Source: Eledone cirrhosa (taxonomy: Eukaryota). Taken from it: a DNA stretch of 64,000 nucleotides. Made by a program: the position numbers and the translations under genes. The stretch lies in the NCBI GenBank assembly GCA_964016885.1, contig OZ024741.1:415586001-415650000 (forward strand), given 5' to 3'. A model generated the notes under the pieces. The model ran no database searches and was not told where the DNA came from. It saw only the letters and a list, made by a program, of their open reading frames with translations. Below, in pieces: positions 26,776 through 37,100 of this stretch (the stretch's first letter is position 1; the number at the start of each line of letters is the position of its first letter).

Positions 26776-26935
26776 ATATCAGGTCAGGTCAGGTCAGGTC
26801 AGCCTCTTACTGGTACCATGTAACCCAGTATATTACTGGTACTATGTAAACCAGTATGCTACTGGTACCATGTAACCCAGTATATTACTGGTACCATGTA
26901 ACCTAGTACAAATCTATTTCAAGGTTGAGTGGTCA
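26776..26935 (+). repeat. Family C fragment with internal (CAGGT)n and 26-bp tandem amplification (~4 copies)
   Basis: Unit TACTGGTACCATGTAACCCAGTATAT at 26808, 26834, 26860, 26886; matches the reverse complement of ~23595-23652. Confidence 0.85.
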
Positions 26936-26948
26936 TATATATATATAC

Positions 26949-26980
<32 letters not shown>

Positions 26981-26981
<1 letters not shown>

Positions 26982-27190
26982 AGTCCCGGGTTCAATCGGG
27001 GGTAACCACAGTTAGTAAGGTACTCAATACATTAGTAAAGTGTAAATATCATGTTTAATATATAAATGGCTTCTACAGGACTAGAACTGTCTCATTCAAA
27101 AGAAATCATCAGGAAAGCCCTTCCTGGTGATTTCTTTTGAATGAGACAGTTCTGGTCCTGTAGAAGCCATTTATATATTAAACATGATAT
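26981..27190. mobile_element. Foldback element (~70-bp arms, 27046-27190) with degenerate hammerhead motif; probable PLE pseudo-LTR remnant
   Basis: Near-perfect palindrome centred ~27118; minus strand reads GGCUUUC CUGAUGA UUUC-UUUU-GAAU GAGAC AG...CU GUA GAAGCC; unpaired tail 26981-27045; flanked by (TG)n and (TA)n. Confidence 0.75.
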
Positions 27191-27834
27191 ATATATATAT
27201 ATATATTCATCGCCATTTAACGTCTATCCGCCCCATGGTATCTCTCTCAGCCATCCCACTTACTTGCCAAACATTGTTCAGAAAGTAATAAAATATTTTA
27301 TTTAACCAGTCACTGCCTTCTTCAGTTGACATGACACACTGGAATGTTGAAGCAACCAATAGTTCTCTTTACAGAACAAGACACCAGCCTGTTGTCACGT
27401 AATGTCAACGTCTCAACAAGACACTACTCCTTCCCACCCCTCTATACATGTATAGTGACACAACTGAACCTCCTACGTAGTTGCTCGACTTTCTGGGGGA
27501 ACTCTCAGGACTTGGATAACCCCACCACATCACATCACATCCGGTCATTAAATGTTGCTACTTTATCCCCTGTGAAATTTTATTGTGAATCACATTGATA
27601 CAGCAGCTGGAGAATCTAATAATTTTATTTTACATTAAAACAACATTATACATGACAAAAAAAAAGCATTACAAGAAATTCCATATTTACGAATGGACTT
27701 TTTTTGTCATGTATATTATTTTTTTATGTCTAAAGAAATTTAATTGTCGCGAGAATGTTGCCACTTAAAATAAAATTTCGCTGGAGATAAATTAGCAAAA
27801 TTTAATAAGTGGGAGGTGGGGGGTTATTCGAGAC

Positions 27835-28215
27835 CTGAGAGTATATATAGACCTGTAACCCTTCCCTGGTGGAGTCGTGGGAGCACCGTAGTGACATAAG
27901 AGTTTATATCTAGGGCGAGTAAAATTCCCGTGATAAAAGATAAGTTTCTTGGATATTTATTTTTAAAAAACTGGCGGAGCCCATCTCCTCTCCAAGTCTG
28001 AACACAGCAGATTTCTTCCAGAGAAGAAGACACAGAATGATAGAAAATAATGAGAAAGAGATATAAAGAAAGAATTAACCCAGTATTAGACTGGTACTTC
28101 ATTTTTATCGACTTCGAATAGACGAAAGACAAAGTTGACCTCGGTGGGATTTGAACTGAAAGAACCGGAACCACAAAGCATTCTATCTGACGTTCTAACA
28201 ACTCTGACCTTCTAG
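27835..28215 (-). mobile_element. Family A SINE variant with extended 3' region (A-ext)
   Basis: Minus strand B-box AGTTCAAATCCC, family A core, then CAGTCTAATACTGGG...CTGGAAGAAATCTGCTGTG...GAGATGGGCTCC; paralogous to 29520-30005 and 32300-32600. Confidence 0.75.
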
Positions 28216-28233
28216 AAACAATAATAATAATTA

Positions 28234-28407
28234 TTTCTACTTTTGGCACAAGGCCAGCAATTATCTCAGTACATTACTGGTACTTTATTTTATCGACCCC
28301 GTAAGGATGAAAGGCAAAGTTAACCTCGGCGGGATTTGAACTCAGATCATAAAGCGCCGTAACTCTATGCTGCAAAGCATGGCGTCCGACCCTCTACCGA
28401 TACTGCC
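28234..28407 (-). mobile_element. Family A tRNA-SINE copy
   Basis: Reverse complement of the 13649-13832 copy. Confidence 0.9.
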
Positions 28408-28410
28408 AAA

Positions 28411-28652
28411 ATAATAATGATAATAATAATGAAATATTGTGTACAGTGCTCAGGTGACTACAACTCATCAAAGGTGTATGTATAGTACATAGGGTAATGT
28501 ACAAACGTCAGGAAAATGAACAGTGCACGAGTCATGATATACACATGTGTGCATGTGTATAGAAGGGGTACATCAGGTGTAGTTTTGGGGGATTTCGGGA
28601 AACATGAGTGTTTTAAAGGATGCAGTGTCTCGGCAGCTAACAACTGACGCAG
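28411..28652 (-). mobile_element. CR1-like LINE 3' end (ORF2 tail + 3' UTR + (ATT)n)
   Basis: Minus strand translates ASVVSCRDTASFKTLMFPEIPQNYT*, like CR1/L2 C-termini (P.SVV....SFK); UTR repeated at 13050-13175 and ~29385-29410. Confidence 0.65.
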
Positions 28653-28842
28653 CCAAACCTCCCTCAACTCACAACCTGTCATCTTTAAAAAAGGACACAT
28701 TGAATAATGTGAACGAGTGTCTGTAATCCCTCCTCCCGCACCAAAGAATAAATTAAGACGATATGGTCACGACTGGAACGTCTTTTGATCTCGCTCCGAT
28801 TTTACTCTGGGGTAAACAACAATGTAAATAAGTTTTTTACAG

Positions 28843-28949
28843 CTAGAAAGTTATATAAAGACAATAACGACGGTCCTAGAAGTGATGGTACAAGTGGTGT
28901 TACATATTTTAATAGCGGCCAGCATATCCCTTTAATTGTCGATCAGCAC
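28843..28949 (+). CDS. Candidate 107-nt internal exon of an unidentified gene
   Basis: TTTTTTACAG| acceptor, |GTACGT donor, one open frame RKLYKDNNDGPRSDGTSGVTYFNSGQHIPLIVDQH in non-repetitive-looking sequence; no recognisable homology. Confidence 0.3.
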
Positions 28950-29229
28950 GTACGTCCACATACGTAGAGTGGGTGATTCCATTTAGTACAAGACCTTTTT
29001 CTCCTAATCCAGCAGTCAAGCATTGTCTGTCTACCGTTAAAGATGTATAGAAGTCTGACCCCTAAACTCCTTATGGCAGTGAGATCTGTAAGTATTAAGG
29101 CTCTTAGCAATAATTAATTGATTATGTGTATCTCTATTTAATCTTATAAAATAAATTTATTCACAATTGTATAACATTACAAATTGTTTATGATTCTTGC
29201 AGAATGAAAATGTTTATCGACGACATTTA

Positions 29230-29367
29230 ACATAGTTACGTCCCTTTATGATCTGAGTTCAAATCCCGCCGAGGTTAATTTTGCCTTTCATCCTTACGGG
29301 GTCGATAAAATAAAGTACCAGTAATGTACTGGATAATTGCTGGCCTTGTGCCAAAAGTAGAAACAAT
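29230..29367 (+). mobile_element. 5'-truncated family A SINE
   Basis: Matches ~13419-13553. Confidence 0.9.
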
Positions 29368-29425
29368 TATATTTGTAATGTTATAATAATGAAATTATTG
29401 TGTACAGTGTGTATTGTGTACATAT

Positions 29426-29461
<36 letters not shown>

Positions 29462-29519
29462 TAATAAAAGTTTATTGAACAAAAATATAACAAATACAAT
29501 TAATTATTGCAAGGGTTAC

Positions 29520-30005
29520 CTAATGTATGTATGGTCCCATAACTCTGGGAGAATTGTAAGGAGGCCGTATTGATATACGGCGCTTCTTGGGCATTTTAAG
29601 CTTGGTGGAGCCCATCTCTCTCCAGGCCTGACCTGGTGGAGCCCATCTCTCTCCAGGCCTGACCTGGTGGAGCCCATCTCTCTCCAGGCCTGACCTGGTG
29701 GAGCCCATCTCTCTCCAGGCCTGACCTGGTGGAGCCCATCTCTCTCCAGGCCTGACCTGGTGGAGCCCATCTCTCTCCAGGCCTGACCTGGTGGAGCCCA
29801 TCTCTCTCCAGGCCTGAGCATAACTGATTTCTTCAAGAGAAAGATAGAAAGTAAGAAAGAGATATAGAGGAAGAATCGACCCAGTACTAGACTGCTACAT
29901 TTTTTTATTGACCTCGAAAGGATGAAAGGCAAAGTTGACCTCAGCGGGATTTGAACTCAGAAAGCTGGAACAAATTCCACGAAGCATTCTATCTGACATT
30001 CTAAC
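29520..30005 (-). mobile_element. A-ext SINE copy carrying an internal 31-bp tandem array
   Basis: Minus-strand B-box GAGTTCAAATCCC near 29947-29959, family A core, and tail homologous to 27835-28215 and 32300-32600. Confidence 0.78.
29604..29817. repeat. 31-bp minisatellite GGTGGAGCCCATCTCTCTCCAGGCCTGACCT, ~7 identical copies
   Basis: Units start at 29604, 29635, 29666, 29697, 29728, 29759, 29790. Confidence 0.97.
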
Positions 30006-30169
30006 TATTTTACAAATATAACTCACCACAAATTAATACAGCCACTTAAAGAAATTCCTTTTGTCTGCTTAGAGTAATGGTTATACAAAGGCAAATGTAA
30101 AAAGCATTCACACTAAGTGGAAACTGCAGATATAAGACATCTGACTGATATAATGACAAGTCAGTCAAT

Positions 30170-30425
30170 CATATTGGTGGCCTCCCCACAGCCCCGGCGG
30201 ACAGAATGGAGAAGGCGTTTCCCCGGAGGACGGCAAAGGAGACGCGCTGGAAAAGCCATTCCAGCTCGCGAGGCTCACACCTGCGGCTGGCCAGCTCAGC
30301 GCCTATGGTGGTGAGTAGTGAGGTGGCCCTAGGGCCGAGGACACTAGAGGTCTCCAATGCCTGTCGGAGAGCGACCGGTATTTGGAGGGTTTGGCCTCCT
30401 CAGCCCGACGTGCAGCAGAACCTGG
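30170..30425 (-). mobile_element. CRE-like non-LTR retrotransposon fragment (restriction-like endonuclease C-terminus)
   Basis: GSAARRAEEAKPSKYRSL / LETSSVLGP...ELEWLFQRVSFAVLRGNAFSIL fits the AA..AE..K..KY, ET.G..G and FQR.S.A..RGNA motifs of CRE-clade ORFs. Confidence 0.78.
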
Positions 30426-30539
30426 GTTAGTCGCAGATTACACCAGGTTGCAGCTGATCAATGCGAAAGAAAGACAAATAAACAAAACCAACCATCAATT
30501 CTGCAGTGTCGATCACACATCACACCACAAGAGTCAACA

Positions 30540-31155
30540 GAATATTTTGAGGCAAGACAACACTCTGGCAGAATTACAGCAGGTGATGGTGAGGTTCTGA
30601 AACAACCAAGCACCCTCACGGGTATCACCTGATACATCGGTAAGGCCGGGTGATAGCATGGCTAAGTCACTGGAACAACTAAACACCCTCACCAGGAATA
30701 TCACCTGATACTTCGGTAAGGCCAGGTGATAGCGTGGATAAGTCACTGGAACAACCAAGCACCCTCACCGGGAGCACCACCTGACACTTTAGTAGGCGAA
30801 CCGCCAACAATGCAATGACAATAAAAGATACTTTTTAGTTCTAAAATAAACATTAATTTCCTTCAACAAACATATTTATAGGTACCATCTTTAAATTTCA
30901 AGAATTACATATGTATGTGTATGAAATGATAACAAGAACTTCGCTGTCAGCGGCCCAGCTCTACCAAACGTTTCTAACGCTACAGGCTGGAAAAAATAAT
31001 TATTAGATAAATCAGGCATTTCTGAATTTTATTCCGTCCGGCAACGGAAGCAGTGACCCTCACATTTACCGCGGCATCCATGACATGGGTATGAGCAAAA
31101 GAGTCACTGATTGTGACGTCCCAGGTGAGACACCTGCTTCTTACCCAGGGACATG
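30540..31155 (-). mobile_element. Second CRE-like endonuclease fragment, interrupted by ~135 bp of AT-rich DNA, with a ~75-bp internal tandem repeat
   Basis: PWVRSRCLTWDVTISDSFA...NKIQK/DLSNNYFFQPVALETFGRAGP (31155-30935), resuming with EGAWLFQ; the EGAWLFQ-coding segment recurs near 30600, 30675 and 30750. Confidence 0.75.
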
Positions 31156-31222
31156 TACTTCTATTTAATCTTATGTATTTGTTATAGGATAATAAACCTT
31201 TAAAACATAGTTCTAGCTATAC

Positions 31223-31748
31223 CAGTGTTTCCCAACCTATGGCAAATTTCAGGTGTGTCACAAAAATTATATAATTTTTTCTGTCATACTTAGGAAAAAT
31301 TGTAAAAATAGGAGATGCGAAATATTTTAGATGTTTGTGAAATTGTGTCCAAATAGTTGTATCGTTATTGGATATATTCTATGTAAAATGTGAAGGCACA
31401 TGGCTTAGTGGTTAGAGCATCGGGATTGCAATCGAAAGGTTGTGAGTTCAATTCTCAGACCGGGTGATGTGTTGTTTCCTTGAGCAAGACATTTTATTTC
31501 ACATTGCTCCAGTTTACTCAGCTGTAGAAATGAGATGATAGGACTGGCGTCCCTATCATTAAATCACCCAAGACACCTCCAACGAGATATACCTTGGAGG
31601 AGGCCAGCTAAACCTGCATAGGTGTGAGATGTAACATACATTCTATGTAAAGTGGAAGTAATTTTTTTACATTGTAATAATTTCATGGGCCACAGAAAAA
31701 TTCTGGGTTGAAAGTGGGCCGTGAGCTAAAAATGGTTGGGAACCACTG
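31223..31748. mobile_element. Non-autonomous hAT (Charlie-like) DNA transposon / MITE
   Basis: TIRs CAGTGTTTCCCAACC / GGTTGGGAACCACTG; 8-bp TSD AGCTATAC (31215-31222) vs AGCCAGAC (31749-31756), 6/8 identical. Confidence 0.82.
31388..31639 (+). mobile_element. Family B CORE-type SINE inserted in the MITE, with an alternative 3' end
   Basis: A-box TGGCTTAGTGG, B-box GAGTTCAATTC, core TCCTTGAGCAAGACATTTTATTTCACATTGCTCCAGT; 12-bp TSD ATTCTATGTAAA at 31376-31387 and 31640-31651. Confidence 0.88.
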
Positions 31749-32059
31749 AGCCAGACAAACAATCTAGTAATGTCCTAAGTCAACGAATTACTGTCTTCTG
31801 TTATTGGATAACTACGGCCTAATACGTTAATGTCATTATTAAGTAATGTAGTTTATTTCCATACAACAAATATATTAGATGAAATATTTAGAGGCGAAGA
31901 AAAGAAAGAAAAATTAGTAAGGTAGGAAAAGAAAAGGGTGGGGAAAGAAACAAAAAGGAAAAAAAAACATTAACAGGTAATACTCACATCTTTTAATGTT
32001 GCAATATTAAAGAAAATGTAAAGGAAGAGGTGAACAACCGAGCCAACACCAAAGCAAAA

Positions 32060-32225
32060 GACAGCAGCGAGAAGTACTGGGCAACCTCTCTAATGATTTT
32101 TTGAGGCAAGAGAGCATACTCGCAGTGTTGCCTCGGGTGATGACGAGGCTAATGCGCTGGAACAGCCAAACGCTTTCATGAGCATCACCAGTTACCTCTG
32201 TTAGGCGAGCCGCCTGTGATGACAA
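32060..32225 (-). mobile_element. Third CRE-like C-terminal fragment
   Basis: RLTEVTGDAHESVWLFQRISLVITRGNTASMLSCL. Confidence 0.75.
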
Positions 32226-32299
32226 GAACTACCTAATTAAGGACAAAAGAGTAAGTTATAAAATTTCTTGGTTGAAGTATTTTACTGGAGTTACAATGT

Positions 32300-32600
32300 C
32301 TAAGGTGGTGATTCCAGCTCTCTGCTGTCTGAGTTCAAATCCCACCAAGGTCAACTTTGCCTTTCAGTCCTTTCGACATCGATAAAAAAAAAGTACCAGT
32401 CTAATACTGGGGTCGATTCTTCCTCTATATCTCTTTCTCATTTCCTTTCTCTCACTCTTTCTTTCTCTGGAAGATATCTGCTGTATTCAAACCTGGCGAG
32501 AGGAGATGAGCTCAACCAGGTTTAAAAATACCCAAGACACTGTATGTCAATTCGGCACCACTACAACCCCAGTAGAAGTAACAAGTCCATACATACAATA
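32300..32600 (+). mobile_element. A-ext SINE copy
   Basis: GAGTTCAAATCCC, family A core, then CAGTCTAATACTGGGGTCGATTCTTCCTCTATATCTC...CTGGAAGATATCTGCTG...GAGATGAGCTC. Confidence 0.78.
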
Positions 32601-32605
32601 ATGGT

Positions 32606-32860
32606 TTCTTATATAGGCACAAGACCAGCAATTTTGGAGGAGGAGAAAGTCGATTAAATCGACCCAGTGCGTGACTGGTACTTTATTTTATCGACCCCGT
32701 AAGGATGAAAGGAAAAGTTAACCTCGGCGGGATTTGAACTCAGATCATAACTCTATGCTGCAAAGCATGGCGTCCGACTCTCTACCGATACTGCCAAAAT
32801 AATTGTCTCTACTTTAGGCACAAGGCCAGCAATTACCCAGTGCATTACTGGTTGCCAAAA
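32606..32860 (-). mobile_element. Family A SINE copy plus an adjacent 3'-end fragment
   Basis: Reverse complement of the family A head and core (32670-32797); extra GGCACAAGGCCAGCAATTACCCAGT at ~32817-32841. Confidence 0.85.
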
Positions 32861-33206
32861 TAATGATACCTCTTTCATCAATCCCCGGCCTAATAAGCCT
32901 CCAAACATAAAACAGACTTTAGAAGGAGTTATCTAAGAGGGATCACTGTTATTTTGTCACCAGTTTTATCGTAAATAAAGAGAATACTGGGAGACAACAT
33001 CAACCTGTTAGAAACAGCAGATCAGTAGATCCCACTCTGATTACGCTATCTTTCAAATTGAAGGACACATTGTGTAATATAGCCCTAGAAATACCTTTTA
33101 AACATTTAGATAGCCATAAATACAATGGCGTTTGAGAGAGTTTTCAGCATTAAATAACAGAGTTATCTCCCTTTGTACGTTTCAATCAACTTTATTAAAT
33201 TCCCTT

Positions 33207-33415
33207 TAACTGGTACAGCTAGTCGTTGGGGTAACACTCTAGACGGTGGCACCCATCTCCCCATAACTGGTACAGCTAGTCGTTGGGGTGGCACCCTAGA
33301 CGGTGGCACCCATCTCCCCATAACTGGTACAGCTAGTCGTTGGGGTGCCACCCTAGACGGTGGCACCCATCTCCCCATAACTGGTACAGCTAATTATTGG
33401 GGTGCCACCCTAGAC
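33207..33415. repeat. 57-bp minisatellite, ~3.7 copies
   Basis: TAACTGGTACAGCTAGTCGTTGGGGTGGCACCCTAGACGGTGGCACCCATCTCCCCA at 33207, 33264, 33321, 33378. Confidence 0.95.
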
Positions 33416-33863
33416 ATTTGACTGTGTGTCCATCGTGGTGTTTGGGTCTTAGAGATACTTGGCACGCATCTCCTTACAACGTAATGGTACTTCTTGTTTT
33501 GGGGTATTATTGTAGAAAGAAACCCCTACCAATTTCGGGGGGGGGGGGGGAATAATTTTTTTCCTTTGGTTTTATGGTGTGCTATCATTTAAACTTACCT
33601 CCTAATATGGCGAAAAGGGAGGGGGGAACCATCGGACTTTCCCCTCCCAGTTTTCTTTACCAAATCTTTCTCCCTCTGCTACCAACTAATCTTACCTCCG
33701 AACATCTCCCTCTTCCATTTTCCAGGGGAAAAGTCCCTTGCAGTATTTTTGGAGATAAGTTTAATTGATAGCACATTAAAAAATAAAATAAAATAAAATT
33801 ATTTATCATACTTCATTACTTTGCCATGTTCTCATATTTATTACGTTTATCTAAATACAAAAG

Positions 33864-34048
33864 TGGAGCAAATTGGTAGAACCGATAGAGCATCAGACAA
33901 CATTCTTTACATTCTAAGTTCAAATCGTGTTCAGGTTAACTTTGTCTTTCATCCTTATGGGAGTCGATAAAATAAAGTACCATTGGGGTCTATTTAATCA
34001 ACTTTCACCTCCCCTTCAAATTGCTGGCCTTGTGCCAAAGTAGAAATT
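33864..34048 (+). mobile_element. Diverged family A SINE just upstream of the 21-bp satellite
   Basis: AAGTTCAAATCG B-box-like motif, CTTTCATCCTTATGGGAGTCGATAAAATAAAGTACC, TTGCTGGCCTTGTGCCAAAGTAGAAA. Confidence 0.82.
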
Positions 34049-34123
34049 ATGTAAAAATAACAAACTATCATTAAATACTTGAAATATATTTTTTAAATCT
34101 CCATAATGTCATCTACTTGACAT

Positions 34124-37100
34124 TCTCTGTTATATTAACTGGGGTCTCTGTTATATTAACTGGGGTCTCTGTTATATTAACTCGGGTCTCTGTTATATTA
34201 ACTGGGGTCTCTGTTATATTAACTGGGGCCTCTGTTATATTAACTGGGGTCTCTGTTATATTAACTGGGGTCTCTGTTATATTAACTGGGGCCTCTGTTA
34301 TATTAACTGGGGCCTCTGTTATATTAACTGGGGTCTCTGTTATATTAACTGGGGCCTCTGTTATATTAACTGGGGCCTCTGTTATATAAACTGGGGTCTC
34401 TGTTATATTAACTGGGGTCTCTGTTATATTAACTGGGGCCTCTGTTATATTAACTGTGGTCTCTGTTATATTAACTGGGGTCTCTGTTATATTAACTGGG
34501 GCCTCTGTTATATTAACTGTGGTCTCTGTTATATTAACTGGGGCCTCTGTTATATTAACTGGGGCCTCTGTTATATTAACTGGGGTCTCTGTTATATTAA
34601 CTGGGGTCTCTGTTATATTAACTGGGGTCTCCGTTATATTAACTGGGGTCTCTATTATATTAACTGGGGTCTCTGTTATATTAACTGGGGTCTCTGTTAT
34701 ATTAATTGGGGTATGTTATATTAACTGGGGTCTCTGTTATATTAACTGGGGTCTCTGTTATATTAAATGGGGTCTCTGTTATATTAACTCGGGTCTCTGT
34801 TATATTAACTGGGGCCTCTGTTATATTAACTGAGGTCTCTGTTATATTAACTGGGGTATGTTATATTAACTGGGGTCTCTGTTATATTAACTTGGGTCTC
34901 TGTTATATTAACTGGGGTCTCTGTTATATTAAATGCGGTCTCTGTTATATTAAATGGGGTCTCTGTTATATTAACTCGGGTCTCTGTTATATTAACTGGG
35001 GCCTCTGTTATATTAACTGGGGCCTCTGTTATATTAACTGGGGCCTCTGTTATATTAACTGGGGTCTCTGTTATATTAACTGGGGCCCCTGTTATATTAA
35101 CTGGGGCCTCTGTTATATTAACTGGGGCCTCTGTTATATTAAATGGGGTCTCTGTTATATTAACTGGGGCCTCTGTTATATTAAATGGGGCCTCTGTTAT
35201 ATTAACTGAGGTCTCTGTTATATTAACTGGGGCCTCTGTTATATTAACTGGGGTCTCTGTTATATTAACTGGTGCCTCTGTTATATTAAATGGGGTCTCT
35301 GTTATATTAACTGGGGCCTCTGTTATATTAACTGGGGCCTCTGTTATATTAACTGGGGTCTCTGTTATATTAACTGGGGTCTCTGTTATATTAACTGGGG
35401 TCTCTGTTATATTAACTGGGGCCTCTGTTATATTAACTGAGGTCTCTGTTATATTAACTGGGGCCTCTCTTATATTAACTGGGGTCTCCGTTATATTAAA
35501 TGGGGTCTCTGGTATATTAACTGGGGCCTCTCTTATATTAACTGGGGTCTCTGTTATATTAACTGGGGTCTCTGTTATATTAACTGGGGTCTCTGTTATA
35601 TTAACTGGGGTATGTTATATTAACTGGGGTTTCTGTTATATTAACTGGGGCCTCTGTTATATTAACTGGGGCCTCTGTTATATAAACTGGGGCCTCTGTT
35701 ATATTAAATGGGGTCTCTGTTATATTAACTGGGGTCTCTGTTATATTAACTGGGGTCTCTGTTATATTAACTGGGCCTCTGTTATATTAACTGGGGCCTC
35801 TGTTATATTAACTGGGGCCTCTGTTATATTAACTGGGGTCTCTGTTATATTAACTGGGGTCTCTGTTATATTAACTGGGGTATGTTATATTAACTGGGGT
35901 CTCTGTAATATTAACTGGGGTCTCTATTATATTAACTGGGGTCTCAGTTATATTAACTGGGGTCTCTGTTATATTTACTGGGGTATGTTATATTAACTGG
36001 GGTCTCTGTTATATTAACTGGGCCCTCTGTTATATTAATTGGGGCCTCTGTTATAATAACTGGGGTCTGTGTAATATTAACTGGGGTCTGTGTAATATTA
36101 ACTGGGGTCTCTGTTATATTAACTGGGGTCTCTGTTATATTAACTGGGGTCTCTGTTATATTAACTGGGGTCTCTGTTATATTAACTGGGGTCTCTGTTA
36201 TATTAACTCGGGTCTGTTATATGAACTGGGGTCTCTGTTATATTAACTCGGGTCTGTTATATGAACTGGGGTCTCTGTTATATTAACTGGTGTATGTTAT
36301 ATTAACTGGGGTCTCTGTAATATTAACTGGGGTCTCTATTATATTAACTGGGGTCTCTGTTATATTAACTGGGGTCTCTGTTATATTAACTGGAGTCTCT
36401 GTTATATTAACTGGGGTCTCTGTTATATTAACTGGGGCCTCTGTTATATTAACTGGGGCCTCTGTTATATTAACTGGGGCCTCTGTTATATTAACTGGGG
36501 CCTCCGTTTTATTAACTGGGGTCTCTGTTATATTAACTGGGGTCTCTGTTATATTAAATGGGGTCTCTGTTATATTAACTGGGGTTCTGTTATATTGACT
36601 GGTGCCTCTGTTATATTAACTGGGTTCTCTGTTATATTAACTGGGGCCTCTGTTATATTAACTGGGGTCTCTGTTATATTAACTGGGGTCTCTGTTATAT
36701 TAACTGGGGCCTCTGTTATATTAACTGGGGCCTCTGTTATATTAACTGGGGGCTCTGTTATATTAACAGGGGCTTCTGTTATATTAACTGGGGTCTCTGT
36801 TATATTAACTGGGGCCTCTGTTATATTAAATGGGGTCTCTGTTATATTAACTGGGGTCTCTGTTATATTAACTGGGGCCTCTGTTATATTAGCTGGGGCC
36901 TCTGTTATATTAACTGTGGTCTCTGTTACATTAAATGGGGTCACTGTTACATTAAATGGGGTCTCTGTTATATTAACTGGGGCCTCTGTTATATTAACTG
37001 GTGCCTCTGTTATATTAACTGGGGTCTCTGTTATATTAACTGGGGTCTCTGTTATATTAACTGGGGTATGTTATATTAACTGGGGTTTCTGTTATATTAA

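Noticed and set aside
27295-27330. CTGAAGA hammerhead-like start on the minus strand
   Set aside because: No GAAA box or stem III could be completed.
31392-31465. tRNA gene
   Set aside because: A and B boxes are present but run directly into SINE core sequence found in several copies; this is a tRNA-derived SINE head.
29604-33415. CRISPR-like appearance of the 31-bp and 57-bp repeats
   Set aside because: Units are head-to-tail with no unique spacers, there are no cas genes, and the context is eukaryotic.
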